From contig OZ287752.1 of NCBI GenBank assembly GCA_965649765.1, positions 53,258,001-53,322,000 on the forward strand: a DNA stretch of 64,000 nt, given 5' to 3'. Positions 13,364-26,741 of the stretch are shown piece after piece; the first letter of the stretch is position 1; each line of letters opens with the position of its first letter. The stretch comes from Bispira polyomma (Eukaryota). The notes under the pieces are model-generated. The model searched no databases. It saw only the letters and a program-made list of their open reading frames with translations, and was not told the DNA's origin. The translations under genes were made by a program, and so were the position numbers.

Positions 13364-14772
13364 TAATTGGCAGCTGCCAGAGGAGGAGGGGGAGTTCAGG
13401 GGGCTGCAGGGCAAGTGAAGGTGCGTGTGCTGGAGGTCTCTGGCGGTGTGTCAGATGTGGTGGTTGCTTTGGCTGTCGTGGTCGTTTGGCGGTCATCACC
13501 CTCCTTTTATATTGGCGTGTTCAGGCTTGGATAGTCTCCTCCTGTGGTCCCTCCAAAGTACAGAGACCAGGAGAACTAGTTGTGAAGGTCGGAGCCTACT
13601 GATGGGATGTCAGAGAAATGGAAGGGGCTGGCCGCACTCTTCTGTGGAGAAGGTAGGTGTATAAGTGTCCCAGTCGGTGTCTGTTCAACCACTTGAGGTA
13701 TCTGGCTGGGCTGCTGCCTCTGGAAAGACTGGACTTTTGCCTGTGTGTGTGTCGATTGCTGATACTGCTGTGGTGGTGGTCCCTGCTGCTCTTGCTGCTG
13801 GGCGGTGCGCATTTGGTGGCGCTGGTGTCATCCATTGCTGTGGCCATGTCGGGGGTGGTGGTGCTGGCATCTTGTATGAGGTTGAAACGGAAGTGGAAGC
13901 TGCCTAAATCTGCTGCTGCTAAGCTTTTAAATTTGACAACAGGTGGAAGGTCTTGGTCTCGAACTCCATAAAAAATTGTCTGGTAAAATGTCAGTCTGGG
14001 CCTTGATCCAGTTAAAGTAGGCCACCCTCAGCCCTGATGCTTCTGGCTTCGGGGAGGCTTCTTTCATGGAGCCGCTCATAATGACCTCCATATGGTGCAG
14101 GGTACTCCGAAAAGGGTCTTGGTCATCTAAGCTGGCGACGGAGGTATGCTGTCTCTTGGCCCCTGATGATGTTGTGAAACCCACCTCAGACCCCACCAGG
14201 GAGACAACCACATCTAACACATCATTACTTATGCTGTGAGGGGATGGTGAGGAAGTCCTAGGGCTGAATTAAAAGGAAGCCCTGAGGCCCCCGGCGGCAG
14301 CTGCAGGCTTCTTCCCTTTGAAGTTTGACTTTTTTAAGCACTGCTCCTCCAGATCCCTACCCATCTTAGCCCCGATTTCTGCTTCTTTCTTGACAATGTC
14401 CTTATAGTCCTTCTGTTTTTTGTTAAAGTGCAACTCGTGTTCTCTAAGCCAGTCAACCAGGACTTCCTCCTCGAGTACCGCCAGGGAGACACTCTTTGTT
14501 TTCCTACTCTTGTATTTTTTGTCAGTGTCACCTTGCCTGGACTTGTCCTTCGGGCAATATTCCTTCTTCTTCTCCTTTGCAGGGCCTCAGTGCTTGTTCT
14601 TCCAAAATCTCCACCCTCTCGGATGGTAGTGGTGTTTCACGGTCCCCCTGTGGAACCTCCTCTTCCTCCCCCTCCTACTGATGTGAAACTCTCACATGAA
14701 ATCTTGACTCTGCCTCATCAACAGTTTGGGTTATCCTCCTCTTCTTGCCTTTGCCCCCCCCTTGGGTGGCAT
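13364..14772 (-). pseudogene. Decayed MADF/Myb-SANT-like DNA-binding protein gene, probably the accessory gene of a PIF/Harbinger-type transposon
   Basis: GC-richer island starting ATG-CCA-CCC-AAG (14772). Minus-strand 'EEEVLVDWLREHELHFNKKQKDYKDIVKK' (~14390-14475) matches the first half of a MADF domain. A later 'YFNWIKAQTDILPDNF' is BESS-like, and a Q/P-rich tail follows. Multiple frameshifts. TATAAATA on the minus strand at ~14928-14936. Confidence 0.65.
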
Positions 14773-15749
14773 TTTAAAATTATTTAAAAAAAAACAAAGT
14801 CCTAAAAATTTATCTATAAATCTGTGTAATATCTATCGATAAATCTGTGTAATATCTGTAAAAAATGCTAGCACTGATGTTGACTCTTAAAAATGTGAAG
14901 ATCGAATAAGGTAAAAGAGGCCAGCCCCTATTTATACCTCCAGTTAAGCTTTACAAACGTAGTGGACAATCGGGGTGTCAGAGGGATAAATTGGAAAGCC
15001 ACCCCCATCAGTCAGGGTCAATGAGGTTTGCACTTTGATTTGTTTTCGGGACGGGGGGGGGGGGGGGGGGGAGAAATACGCCCTGAGTACTCTGGGTCAA
15101 TATTGATCAATAACTCATCCATGCCATGTCTCAATCTGGTCCATATATTCACATATGTAAACTGGCTTTATTCTATATTGTTCAGGTCCATGAATGAATG
15201 AATGCAGCATCAAATACATTTGAAATAGATATCCAGCCTCCCTACCCATATGATGCATGCATGCACATGATGTTGATTTGCTATGATGCGCAAAATGAAA
15301 TGATTTGTTGATAAGACACCAAAGCAAACAAGTCTGTAACAGCTTTGGGTTTTTTATTTATAAACACACATATATTTAAAACTACTGCGCTCCTGACTGT
15401 CATGTGACCCTAACTAATGCATAACTGCATTAAGTATACTCTTTAAGTTTTACGTCTGCATATATATGTAGTAAGTACACTTTAAAAGTTTTCCTATACT
15501 GAATTTAAGTAAGCTGCACTGAGTACACATTTGAAGTTTTTAAAGTATACACACCTGCATAAGGTACACTTTACGAGTTTCCTCAAACTGCATTTAAGTT
15601 GACTTTAATGTTAATGCACTCTAAAAAAGCACAAGAGCGCAAAAAAATAACATTACTCAGTGTTCCAGTCAAACATCAATTTCCGAGACATAAGTTCATG
15701 ATGCCTTGTGTTGAAAGCACAATAAAATCACTGCCACCCAAGCATTTGA

Positions 15750-17550
15750 GATCATCTTTGTGTGGGCAACTCCATGATAAAAACAAATGTGTATGGTCTA
15801 TGGAGCGTGTAGATGCAAAGCATCCCAAAAGAGCATGTCCAGACTCAACACACATTCAACATTGCGCTCATTCAACCGCCACACAGTCCTCGTAGAAGAT
15901 GAGGATCTGAAGCGTCATCCCACAAGGCTTGTTGAGTTAACATTACCACTGTCAGATCCTTTTGCAGCTGATATCATGTACCACCATCTTTGTTGGCTGA
16001 AGCATATCAACCATACAAATTTGAACCAAGGTGATGCAATGCATCCTCAGAATGTGTGCCTCACAGAGGCGAGGAAATTCTTCTTTAGACATGTGGATAA
16101 TATAATCTTTAGTGAGCATGAGATCGGTTCACTCTTAAGACTACAAACACATTGTTGGTGACTATGGCTATGCACTCGGTGATGGAAACTCATTATATCT
16201 CAAAAACCAGCTGATTAATGAGTATCAAGAAACCATTGGCTTCAAAGAGAGGGATGAACTGAACAAGAGTGAGCACATCTATGTCGATGGAGGAGGTGAT
16301 AACATTCAGGCTGCCATCTCATCCAATGGCATCAGTAATGAACAGCTCCCCCAGAACCTTGCAGCACGGCTCTCTTAAAAGATCAAGAACACATCTACTG
16401 TCCCCTGACCACCTCATATCAATCATCTTGAAGAAGGGGAAGAGGTGTCTGAGGTACTTGTAAAGTTCTTGACTTGGCTAAATCATCCTAAGAGTAAAAC
16501 TGCTTATATCAGCCCCACTACACTCAGCCTTGCCTCCATGATCACCTACTACATAACTGGACAGCGCACTGCCAATGTTTTTAACCTGCGTGTAAATGTC
16601 TATGTTATGACAAGGTATAAAGATCTAGTGGAAACTCTGCACAATATTGGTGTCTGCATCAGTTATGCAGACACATTGCTCCTCTATGATTATTTGGCTC
16701 TGAAGGATGTTAAGGCATCAACAACCTGTCCTCCAGAGATTGCAGAAGACAAGCCAGCAATTGTGATTGTCAATAATAACGACTTCAAGATTGATAATAT
16801 GACAGGCGATGCATCAGGAAGTCATTGAACAAATGTCTTGTTTGTGCAGCCAGAGAGCTATAAAAATAAACCAAATAAAGAGTGTGATGCAAGGTTGATA
16901 AAGAATCAAATATCTGCACAGCTGAAGCAAAAATATGCTGACCTCATACAGGTACACCAGTATGGATCTCCAACTGGCAGCAAGAGTGAGCCACCAGCTC
17001 GTTCCAGGGTAGTCCCACCAGTGAATGGCACAGCTCCACAGGGTGCACGATCTGTGATACACACACTTTCTCATGCAGATAATGATGGCACAAGATCACA
17101 GGACCAACAGGTTCCAGTATACAGTGGTTCCCAGTCCTACTGCCATACATTACCTCACAAGAGTAGGCTCTATTACCATACAACCTATCCTGAACCACAA
17201 AACAAGTCAGCGGTGCATGACAACATGGTTAAATTAGTGGCTGGTATTCGCAAGAAGAATATTCCATTCTCTTTTCTTGTTGGTGACATGCCCACCTACA
17301 AGACGATCATGCAGCTTAAAGCAGAGAACCTTGAACTGTTCAAGGACATCATCCCAAATATTGGTGCATTCCACCAGCACATGTCCGACAACTATGCTAT
17401 CTACAAAAGATTCAAAGGCTCTGGGATTGCAGACTGGTTACTGCAGGGGTAATAGCACAGCGGTATGTTGCCTAAGCACTAGAAGAACAGCATTTCAGGC
17501 TGGATGTGCGCTGTATCCCGCTGTGAGAGGCTCTTATTCAGAAACGACTG
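15750..17550 (+). mobile_element. Fragmented DNA-transposon transposase, Academ-like
   Basis: Collinear ORF pieces carry 'PFAADIMYHHLCWLKH', 'LVETLHNIGVCISY', 'IVNNNDFKIDNMTG...H*TNVLFVQ' (DN-x-D...T..G...H motif), 'GDMPTYK' and 'IGAFHQHM...IYKRFKGSG'. I recognise these motifs from Academ-type transposases. Stops and frameshifts present, 3' truncated. Confidence 0.7.
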
Positions 17551-17901
17551 AGAGATATTTTTGAACATCAGTCTTACTTTATATATTGGGTTTTTGATCA
17601 GAGCTAGTTTTGTTGTCTGGTGCTGAATCTTTCTGTATACTTTTTCTGTATTTGTTTTGTACTATTCCTTTTTTTAATTTTTTTGATGTGTTTTGGAAGA
17701 TGTGCAATAATGCATGTTTAAATTGACAATGATACAATACAAAAAAAATATCTTCAATATATTTAAAATATATAATTAATCTAATTGTCCTGTTTACTTA
17801 TTGATTAATTCCATGCTATGTGGCAAATTAGTTTTTCAAGGTAAAATAAAAACAAAAAAAAATGCAAATAATATTGTGTATTTAATCATTTATTTATTAT
17901 C

Positions 17902-20900
17902 TTAAATATTTTCTATAATAAACTCCATGACCTCTTTGGTCTCTACTAAAACAACTAAATCTCTCCAGAAATTCCACCTCCGGTTGTTGTAGTTTTGTAA
18001 AAACCGGGAGAGATTCTCCGATTTGGACTCCACACGGACAGAGATCTGAACATCGAAATAGACTAAATACATCAGGAGATGACATTTCAGGCGCTGTATG
18101 CTTTTGTAGAGAAGCTTTATCTCATCTTCCAAGGTATCATGGGTCACTTCACCATGCTGTTGTTCATCGACCAAGATCTTTTGGTGCCAGTAAAGTAAGT
18201 CAGATATGCACTGGGCTGAGATGTACAGTAGCTCACTCTGAAATCAGTATAGAAAGCAGCTATGTACAAGTAGAATACACACATATACAATATGCCCTCA
18301 GAACACAACTAAAATATATGACACAAACTGTAGCCGAGAAATCCATGTGTACCGCCTGATGTACTAATGAGGGTTAGACATATGCTGAACATTCGTCACA
18401 CAACATTTTCAGTCACATTTAAAACATTTAGTATTATAATAACCTCAATACTTAGTTTGGAATTCAAGGTTTTACCCAAATCTGTAGTTAACTTGCTCCA
18501 TAAACTCAATTTGACTTTTAAAGTTCTATGTCCTTCTGGCCCCTGGATCATGTTCGCCTGGCTCAAACTTTCTCCTCTTTCAGGAGTAAGCTGAAGGCCT
18601 ATCTTTTTGAATAGGCTTTTCCACCTTCGCAACCATTTACGGTAGTCTCCCTGGTTACGACTTCCATCCGCCCACTATTTTTGATTTTCGATTAACGTTT
18701 TGGGTTTGTTGCGCCTTAGAATTTGTTGTACAAAGATTAAGCGCTATAAAAGTACGACTAGATTAGATTAGATTAGACTTGACCCAATGCTGATAACATC
18801 CCAATCGCAATTGTGAATGGTGATCTTCCATTGGTAAGTACTGGATACTATATTTTTTTAGTTCCAATTCCAGGCCAGAATTTTTACACGGATTATTCAT
18901 AATTGGTCACTCCGAGATTTTCAAGTGTTTTTTAGTGCCAGGCTATTGGGTTTGTGGCTAATTTGTGGTTTTAATTGCAAGCAACCAACCAAAATCGATA
19001 ACTACAAAATACATGTACATTTTACACTTACAGTGTTTGCTGGGGTGAATTCCCCTCTCAACGGGTACAACTGAACGTGCCTAGGGCGGTCTTCCCTTAC
19101 CCTGTATCTCACCTAAAATATATAGAATTCCTGTTAGACTAATAATGGTATATAGCATTGCAAAAAACATTGCAAAGGATAAATTTGATAATTTCTATTT
19201 CTAAATTTCTTTAATACAAACTTACAACCACTTGCACCACTGGGTATCTTACACTAAAACAATTTTCTCAAGCATGCGATTAATACTAAAGTACTTAAAA
19301 CCATGTAAACTTGCGTAGTGTTGCTGTAGGTGGACCACATGAAGCTTAATGCGCTCTGCCTGATCCAAGATGTCCCTCAAGAACCCGTCAGTATTGAACT
19401 GATGGCTGGTACGCATTCGTCTAGAAGGTGCAATAGAATACATTGTAAAATGTGGGAAATATGCAGACAAGAGATCAGATTATAGATATCAAATTATCAT
19501 TTTATATATATAAAAATTAATATTATACAATATTATTCTAACCTCTGCAAATGGAAATTTCAGATAGCTTTTACTTGCTGGCAGAAATGAAATCGGTTAA
19601 ATAGTCCTACAACATAGTATCGGTTGTCATTAGTAAACAATGACATGTTCAGATCTTACCAAAGGATGTTATCTCTCAGTAACCATTATGGTGTTAGTTG
19701 GAGTCAAGCCGGTGACCTTATGATCACTAGACCTCTATAACAACTGGGACACAGAATTCCTTATTTATTATAATATCTTTTAATGAGTGTGTCTTTGTGT
19801 GAAAATTAAGTATTATGGGTGCCATTTGCCTGGGTTATGGATAACTATAACGGCACTCAGTTGAGTGCATACCTCTACCAAGGGACCACAGTGTCAAAAA
19901 GTGAAGAGTTCCTGGATATGCATTTATATTTAAAATGTAATGATCCCTTTATGACACATATCCTGGTCACAGACAAACGAACAGACAATGTAAAGACAAA
20001 TCTTTATTGACCGAGGTAATTACCTTACAAAGATATATATATGTAGTAAAATTATTAATGAACCCAGCTTTTGTTTTGAACTTCTTGCACAATCATTTAA
20101 AATTGTAAATTATTGCATTAGCTTGGTGATAAAGTAAAAGTCCACTGTCTCCCAGGAAGCTCTCAAAAACAACAACGTTGATGCTTGTTCCTATATGAAA
20201 AATTAGGATCCTCAATGTCCTGTTTTATTGCTACCTGGTCGGGTCCTTGCGTAAACTTAGACCTTCTATTTATTCCAGTGTAAAGATAGATGGGGTTGGA
20301 AAAAATTTTTACTCTGATAAGGCAATACCGCTGATTTAGTTAAAAATAGAATTATTGCCTCCTAAATAATATTCATATATTTGGATGTATTATGGTTGTT
20401 TTGGAAATTATTATCTACATTGAAGATAGACTTTGAAGGAATATTTAAACATTTTTTTGGAAGTACCACATTTTAAGGCTGTGAATGAAGGTTAATCAGG
20501 TACTCTGCTCCATAAAATGGGAATTACCTAGCAGGATCACAATCTGTTGGGATCATTAAAACAAATGTGTGAGTTTAGATTAACTATATTTTCCATCATT
20601 ATGCATATTATAAACCACTGTAAATACTGATAGGTCTGATGATCCTGCCTGTTTGAGCGGATCCCAGAAGGTTTGCAGTAAGACAGATGTTCTCGCAGTT
20701 GATTTACGAACGGATCCATCTTGATGGAGATGATGAGGCATAACACGTGGATCCAGAAGAATATAACAACCGGGACCCTAGCTGGAATCAGCAGAAATCA
20801 TATTTAAGTATAATAGTATAAGTATTAAGTATAGTAGAACCTACATCTATCGTGTGTCTAACAACTAAATTTTAATTTCACAATATATTCTGGCAGTGCA

Positions 20901-22347
20901 CCAAAATTCTGGATCTTCCTATAAGCTGTATTATCAGGGCATCCTTTTCTGAACATTCATTTTTAAGAACTAAACTTTGATCTCTTAGATTAATATTTTC
21001 GAATAAAAATGTCTAATATATATATATATATATATAAAGTCTATTTTCCGATATTAGGATAATTACAGGTGGCAATAAGAAATTCACTTTAATACCAGGT
21101 ACAGGTAGATGACCATTTAAACTAACAGTCCTTTGTTACTGGGTGTGGTAATCAAATAATGTATTTTGTTTAATCGTGTGGGCAATATTGCATATTTTTT
21201 CTAATCCTATCCAATCTATCCTTCTACCTAGAACATTCAACTTAATTTTAGCGAAATGAACTGATCCAACAACAACCTGTAAGTTTGCTTCGCTTTGCTG
21301 GTAATACCCAGAACAATTTCTAAAATGTTGATTGGAAGCAAGGGAGTCGTTGTCCTTTTTGCTTAATATAACAGCCATCCTATTCTTTCTCTGTTCTTGG
21401 GTAGCAATATACAATATAAAGTCATCATATTTGGTATGTTCATAATTACAGTCATGTAAGGTCTTTAAGCTCTGTTAAAATCTGAACCAGGCATGCATAC
21501 GCCAAATATGGCAGAAGACTTGCTAAAAATCTGTGGTTTAGAATACAGACATCTTGGCCCAATTACCCAGTACTAGTTTCATCCTGTTGTAAATGGCACC
21601 TCCTTATTTAATGTGAAGATATTGAAAGCAGAGTATAACCCTAACCTCCAACTAAACTAAAGCCAGTCTAAGGTGGTGGTTTACAGTACAACATCATATC
21701 TTGGATTTAATTCTGAGCACAGTACCTGTGTGTGTTGTAGAAGTCACTCAAAACACTAATTGTACAATTACAGTCAACCACTAACAGTTGTTCTCTAAAC
21801 TAATGACAAAGGCTTAATAATGTCCATCTGTCAACGTCGCAGAAGTTGTGTAGTCTACCACTGGGGATAGAACCCAATCACACGGGACTGCCATTTTAAG
21901 TGGTGATGTACGTTTATCTATAATTGGTAGCGACAAGCTGAGTTCGAACCCAGTTCTGATGTGTTCTTAGGCTCGTGGGTTTACCCAGTGGGCTGCAGTC
22001 TGTTTAAATTACTAAAGGTTTATATTACGTGAAATATTTTATAACTTGTTGCCAATATCTTATAAATCTTACTGGAAGCTATAAGTATAAAGTTTGAACA
22101 ATAGCATGAATCTTTTTTTCAAACTTATTTACGATAACAGTTGTGATAATAGAACACCTACCTTTGCATCCTGAAAAGATACATTTCTACAAACCAAACT
22201 ATCTGTATGTCCTTTCTAATTCATCTATATTACTTTTTATAGCATTTAAATTTTAATGTATTTTTTAACATTTATTAATTTAGTCATCTTGTTTGTCACA
22301 GTATGTTAATACGACCAGCAATACAAACTGGAGCAGTACTTACCCAT
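17902..22347 (-). CDS. Gene A: predicted secreted four-helix cytokine-like protein (~226 aa), 5 coding exons
   Basis: Exons on the minus strand: 22347-22344 (ATGG|gtaagt), 20781-20628 (signal-like RVPVVIFFWIHVLCLIISI; donor uncertain, alternative end 20649), 19420-19315 (GC donor, |gcaagt), 19112-19032, 18237-17902 (TAA). Phases 1,2,0,0 give an open frame. Homologous to gene B. Confidence 0.75.
18541..18778 (+). mobile_element. L2-type LINE 3' end within an intron of gene A
   Basis: 'PLDHVRLAQTFSSFRSKLKAYLF' is the ORF2 C-terminus, followed by gcgccttaga...gcgctataaaa and a (TAGAT)n tail. Confidence 0.7.
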
Positions 22348-22399
22348 TACCAACTTTGAAGAAACTTTTAGTAAAAACAAAATCAGGTCACCGTAGCAG

Positions 22400-22581
22400 A
22401 ATATATAGTGGCTTCTCGAGTCAAACTAAGTACCACCTTGCGAGAGAAAATTGCTAGTAACTTAGTAACCAGTCATTTTTAAAGAGTCTACCCACATTCG
22501 TAAGTGAGTAATATTATCATAAGTGGCTTTTCTTGGAAAATAAGGCTATGGTAACATATAATATTATCAAATGGGCGGGCG
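22400..22581 (-). promoter_or_regulatory. Candidate promoter of gene A (TATA-like box, STAT-type palindrome, GC box)
   Basis: TATATA ~55 nt upstream of the ATG (22402-22407), TTCTTGGAA (TTC-N3-GAA) at 22530-22538, and GGGCGGGCG at 22573-22581. Confidence 0.35.
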
Positions 22582-23039
22582 TTTGCTAGCAGGTTAACAA
22601 TTTATATGCATTCTAAAATACTCTTAATCCAAGTTTGCCAGTCAATAACAAAAAGGCTGAACCTCGCAGCTCACCTCTGATGTGACATTACTTTTATGTA
22701 TACGATCACTTTGCTAACACTGCTATTCGTAGACATCAACTCACTGACAAAACTCGTATACACATTTGAGGTCATTAACCACTGTTGTAAGTAACTTCTA
22801 TGATTCTTAGGATTTATTACACTTATTGCTCCAAAAGTTTGGTTTCAAAATTAGTGCTAAAAAGGTGGTAGCCACTAATAACAGAGTAACGTGTTTGGGT
22901 GTTCTTATTGATATTCAATCTTTTAGAGTAGAGATTCCCCGAACAGTTTGTCTCAGATACTGGAGTTTTTTAAAGTATAGGTAAAATAATGTTCGTAATG
23001 TGTAATGCTGCCCAAGATGGGAAACACATTAGGCTAGGA

Positions 23040-23245
23040 TGGCCATTCTTTCACAATTTGAACTGGTTTGTTTAATTCCTTGACAAACTCAATGGCTAGG
23101 CCTTCTTTGACCATAGTCTTGTTACAGATCATATGGAAATGGATGCTTGTTTATCAGGCCTGAAAGGAAAAAGCAATGATTTAATCTTTGTAAACATACT
23201 GGCCTTAGGCTATCTCAATTTCACAATTGTCCATCTAGAGATGTG
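23040..23245 (+). mobile_element. Relic of a DIRS-type RT/RNase H junction
   Basis: Translates as 'LNWFV*FLDKLNG*AFFDH...MEMDACLSGL...FTIVHLEM', matching 'LHLDACLTGL...LTIVHLEM' at 29056-29180. Confidence 0.75.
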
Positions 23246-25532
23246 AAACATACACATATGGCGAAAAGCCGATTGCTCTCAAGGTCAAACATGATTCTAT
23301 CATAGGGAACGAGGCACTGCTTGAGTTAGGACTTGGGTTAAGTTTACCGTAATGTTCGGACAAGGCATATAAAATTAAACCAACCTTAAACTAAGGTGTC
23401 TCACTGACACTATAACTGTAACCTTACCTTAAGTTAAACTAAGTGAAAGGGTGACACCTAAATTAACTTGACCTGAACTTCGCCTATGAGACTGTTGGAT
23501 ACATGAAAATCATAACATGAACACTTCTTTTGATAAGGAAAATCGGTCAGTGACTATATATTGTTTTAGACAGATATTTTAGTGAAAACACAACATTACA
23601 GGACACAGGTCTATAGTTAGACAGATATACAATGAATGCAAACACAATACTAAAATAACAGTCACTACAGGTCACACCCCCATTCACTTTAACCAGATGG
23701 GTATTTGATTTTGTCTGGCAGCTCTGCCTAATGCTAGGACACCCACCAGAAAGATTTTTCATTCAGACAAAGCACTTGTTTGTTCCAGCTGTTATGAGCT
23801 ATATATATATTAGTGTGTCTGGAGAATCTTTGTCACAAAGAAAGAGATTCTCGTGACATACCATTATGAAAAGAGACTCTGTCACCTACACAGGAAATTC
23901 AGAGGACAGTCTGATTACAGACATATAAAATATCTTTGTAAAAAGAAAGTTATGTTGGGGTTTGACACCTTCAAGTGAAGATTCAAATAATATGGTAACT
24001 TAAATAACTGACATCAGATTGTTTCTTTATTTTTAATATCTTTCTCATATCTCAGTCTAGGATACCTATTTACTTCTACCTTAAATTTTTTTCCAAAGAA
24101 GAAAACAGTGCATTCACAAGTTTTTTCCTTTAAAAAATTGAAGATCTGGTAAGTCAGGTATAGAAAGAAATGAGATTTTAAGTTTAGTTTTTAAATATTT
24201 CAAATATTGTATAAATACAGTAATAGAGGAGTACTATGGTTATTAGATGTATACATTTTAGACTAGTCCATTCTTAGTTTTAAATCATTTAACGTATATA
24301 ATTACTATGGTGTTATTTTAAAGTCCTTCTATATGTACAGCGCACTTTGGCTGAGTGCTGTATATTGAAGTGCAAATATTACTCTGCACAATTTTATTGG
24401 ACCCTAAAAGTCTGGGCAATAGCTTCTATCTGGGAAGGTTGGCAGCAGACTTGGCTTGAAGGCCAGTTCCTTGCTGTTCAGAAACCTTGACCAGCTACCA
24501 TGTTCTGCTTTCTTTTGCCAATAAACTACCCTCAGCGATGTATGATGCACTTAGGCAATGTATTAAAAGGCCACTTTAAACCTAAAATAAAAAAAAAATA
24601 AAAATTTCAATAGTTTACCTAACTTCCCATAACCTACCCACATTGTATGGCTCTATCTTCAGCAACATTTTTTTTATCTAATCAACTACTCTAGTTTGTA
24701 TATGATGATATTTGGTCGATTAGAAGCCGTCAATGCATTTTATTCCGAGACATACAATGTGAACTCCTTCCGATGAACATCATGTTGTATCTAACAAACT
24801 ATTTTTTATCAAAACAAATACTCTAGCCCTTATACAATAGTCAATTGACTAGCAGCTGCCAATGTTTCACACTCTTAGATGTTTATTATCAAGCAGTTGA
24901 CACCCCCATACTTACCGGCAATACTATCTTTTTGTAATAGATTAGTACTGGTATAGTTTCAGTTGAAAATTGATATGAGGTCATTATGACTTGTATTTGT
25001 TTTGTGTCAATGTTAGCGAACTGGAGCTATCTATAATCTGTTACTGAGAATGTTCTTCGTTATAGAAAAATTATCATTCTCCAATTATCTCTCTTCTATT
25101 GAGGAAAGAGAGGAAAAAGACTTCTAAAACAACTAAGACGGCTATATCTACAATTTTCTCAATCATTGACCATATGTTGTAGAAGAGTCTCCCAGTTAAG
25201 CTTAGATCAGCAGAAACTGCATAGCAAGTCCACCCCAGGGGACTGCTAGATCAGTCCAACCTCCTCTTTTATCACTCTACTTTAATCCCTAGCGAATGCA
25301 ATGGCATTATCCAACTTTCTGTCCATCTGGGCCTTGTCCAATCACAGCATTAGCTATTAGTGACCCCTAAGCTAGGATAGCTATCCTCCATATTGAATTT
25401 GTGTTTTCACCTGTGAACAGGACATTTAGAAAAACTGAAATTTTAACCACGTATTTACACTGAATTGGTTTTATTTATATTTTATTCTTTTATTAACTGA
25501 TGTGGTACGGGAACTAGTGATTGTTGTGTGAA

Positions 25533-26741
25533 ATGGGGAAAACAAAAACAACTCCCGTGTTAAGCAGCAAGAAACGGACCAACAAGGACAACTTCAACTA
25601 GCACAGCCAAAAAAAGGGGTACTGGTCAGGTAACTACTACAAATAATCACGATCAATCAGAAATACATAGAACAGTCATTGCCGACACCGCGTGTCCTAG
25701 TATTGATTCTCAGTTATTGACCAGTTCAAATGGATCATCTAGCCAAGCCGGGCTGTCATCTCAGGCCGTACCCCAGTCACAAGTCGAGTCACAAAGCATG
25801 TCCGAGGTTCTTTCAATCCTGCGTGGTCTGGAGACCTCCAACGCTAACATAACTCGTAGAGGACAATCAGACAGTTACACCTGCTAATTCTCCATTACAC
25901 ACCATGAGGGATGGTACGGTGGTCCAACAGAGACACAAGGGCTATTCGTTACCTCTTCCCCCTCCCAGGTACAACGGGGTCGCGCAGCCTCTGGCTCAAC
26001 CTATGATGCAACCACCAACAGGTCAGGGTTACAACACAGATGGCATTGTCCCCAGTCTCGATGCGTTAAGATCTTTTCCAAACGTGCAGGCGGCCGTTAC
26101 CAGGCAGCTGGCTGACTACGAAGCCTTAGCCCAGAGGGGTCTAGTCCAGGGAAATCACTCAATCAGGCAGAAGTCTGGTCGTTATAACTCCACAGATATT
26201 ACTTTAGCTGATCCCAAACTCAGATGGTCTAACGAAGGTTGGGGTGGGGGATCGACCCGTCGAAGGCCAGTCTTTGACGACCTCACGTTGCCGCAGTGGG
26301 CGGCTGGCCAGCTGGCCAACTCGCTACAAGTAAGTGATCCGGTAACAATGAAAGCTATGGTGAACCAAGTGGTACACGCATTACGGGATGCAGCCACACT
26401 TCCGTGGCCTGCTGTCAGGACAGCCTGGGCTGTCAGTATGCATGACATTGAGGAAGGCAGGCTGTCCTGGCAGGACAACACTGAATCGCATCAGTGCCTC
26501 CCAGATGACTATGGTAGGCAACAATGGCAGTAACTTGGCTAACGGGGCTTCTTCAGAAAGTAAATCCATCTGTAAGCTGTTTAATAATGGCAAGTGTACT
26601 CACAAGGCGGATCATGGCAATTATCGTCATGTATGTTGGTATTGTAATAAGACATTAGGAAAGGACGCGTCGCACCCAGAATTCAAATGCTTTAAAGCGA
26701 ATGTAAGTAAGCAGCCAGACAGACAACAAGGTAACATCTAG
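25533..26741 (+). pseudogene. gag-like ORF of the DIRS-order element (frameshifted)
   Basis: ATG at 25533. Pieces include ORFs 25904-26533 and 26388-26741: 'KSGR', 'FDDLTLPQWAAG', 'WPAVRTAWA...IEEGRLSWQD' and a C-terminal Cys/His finger 'CKLFNNGKC...HVCWYC...HPEFKC'. Confidence 0.8.

Noticed and set aside
13425-14787. Plus-strand hydrophobic ORFs (e.g. 13657-13971, 14428-14787)
   Set aside because: They are antisense shadows of the low-complexity minus-strand MADF-like pseudogene.
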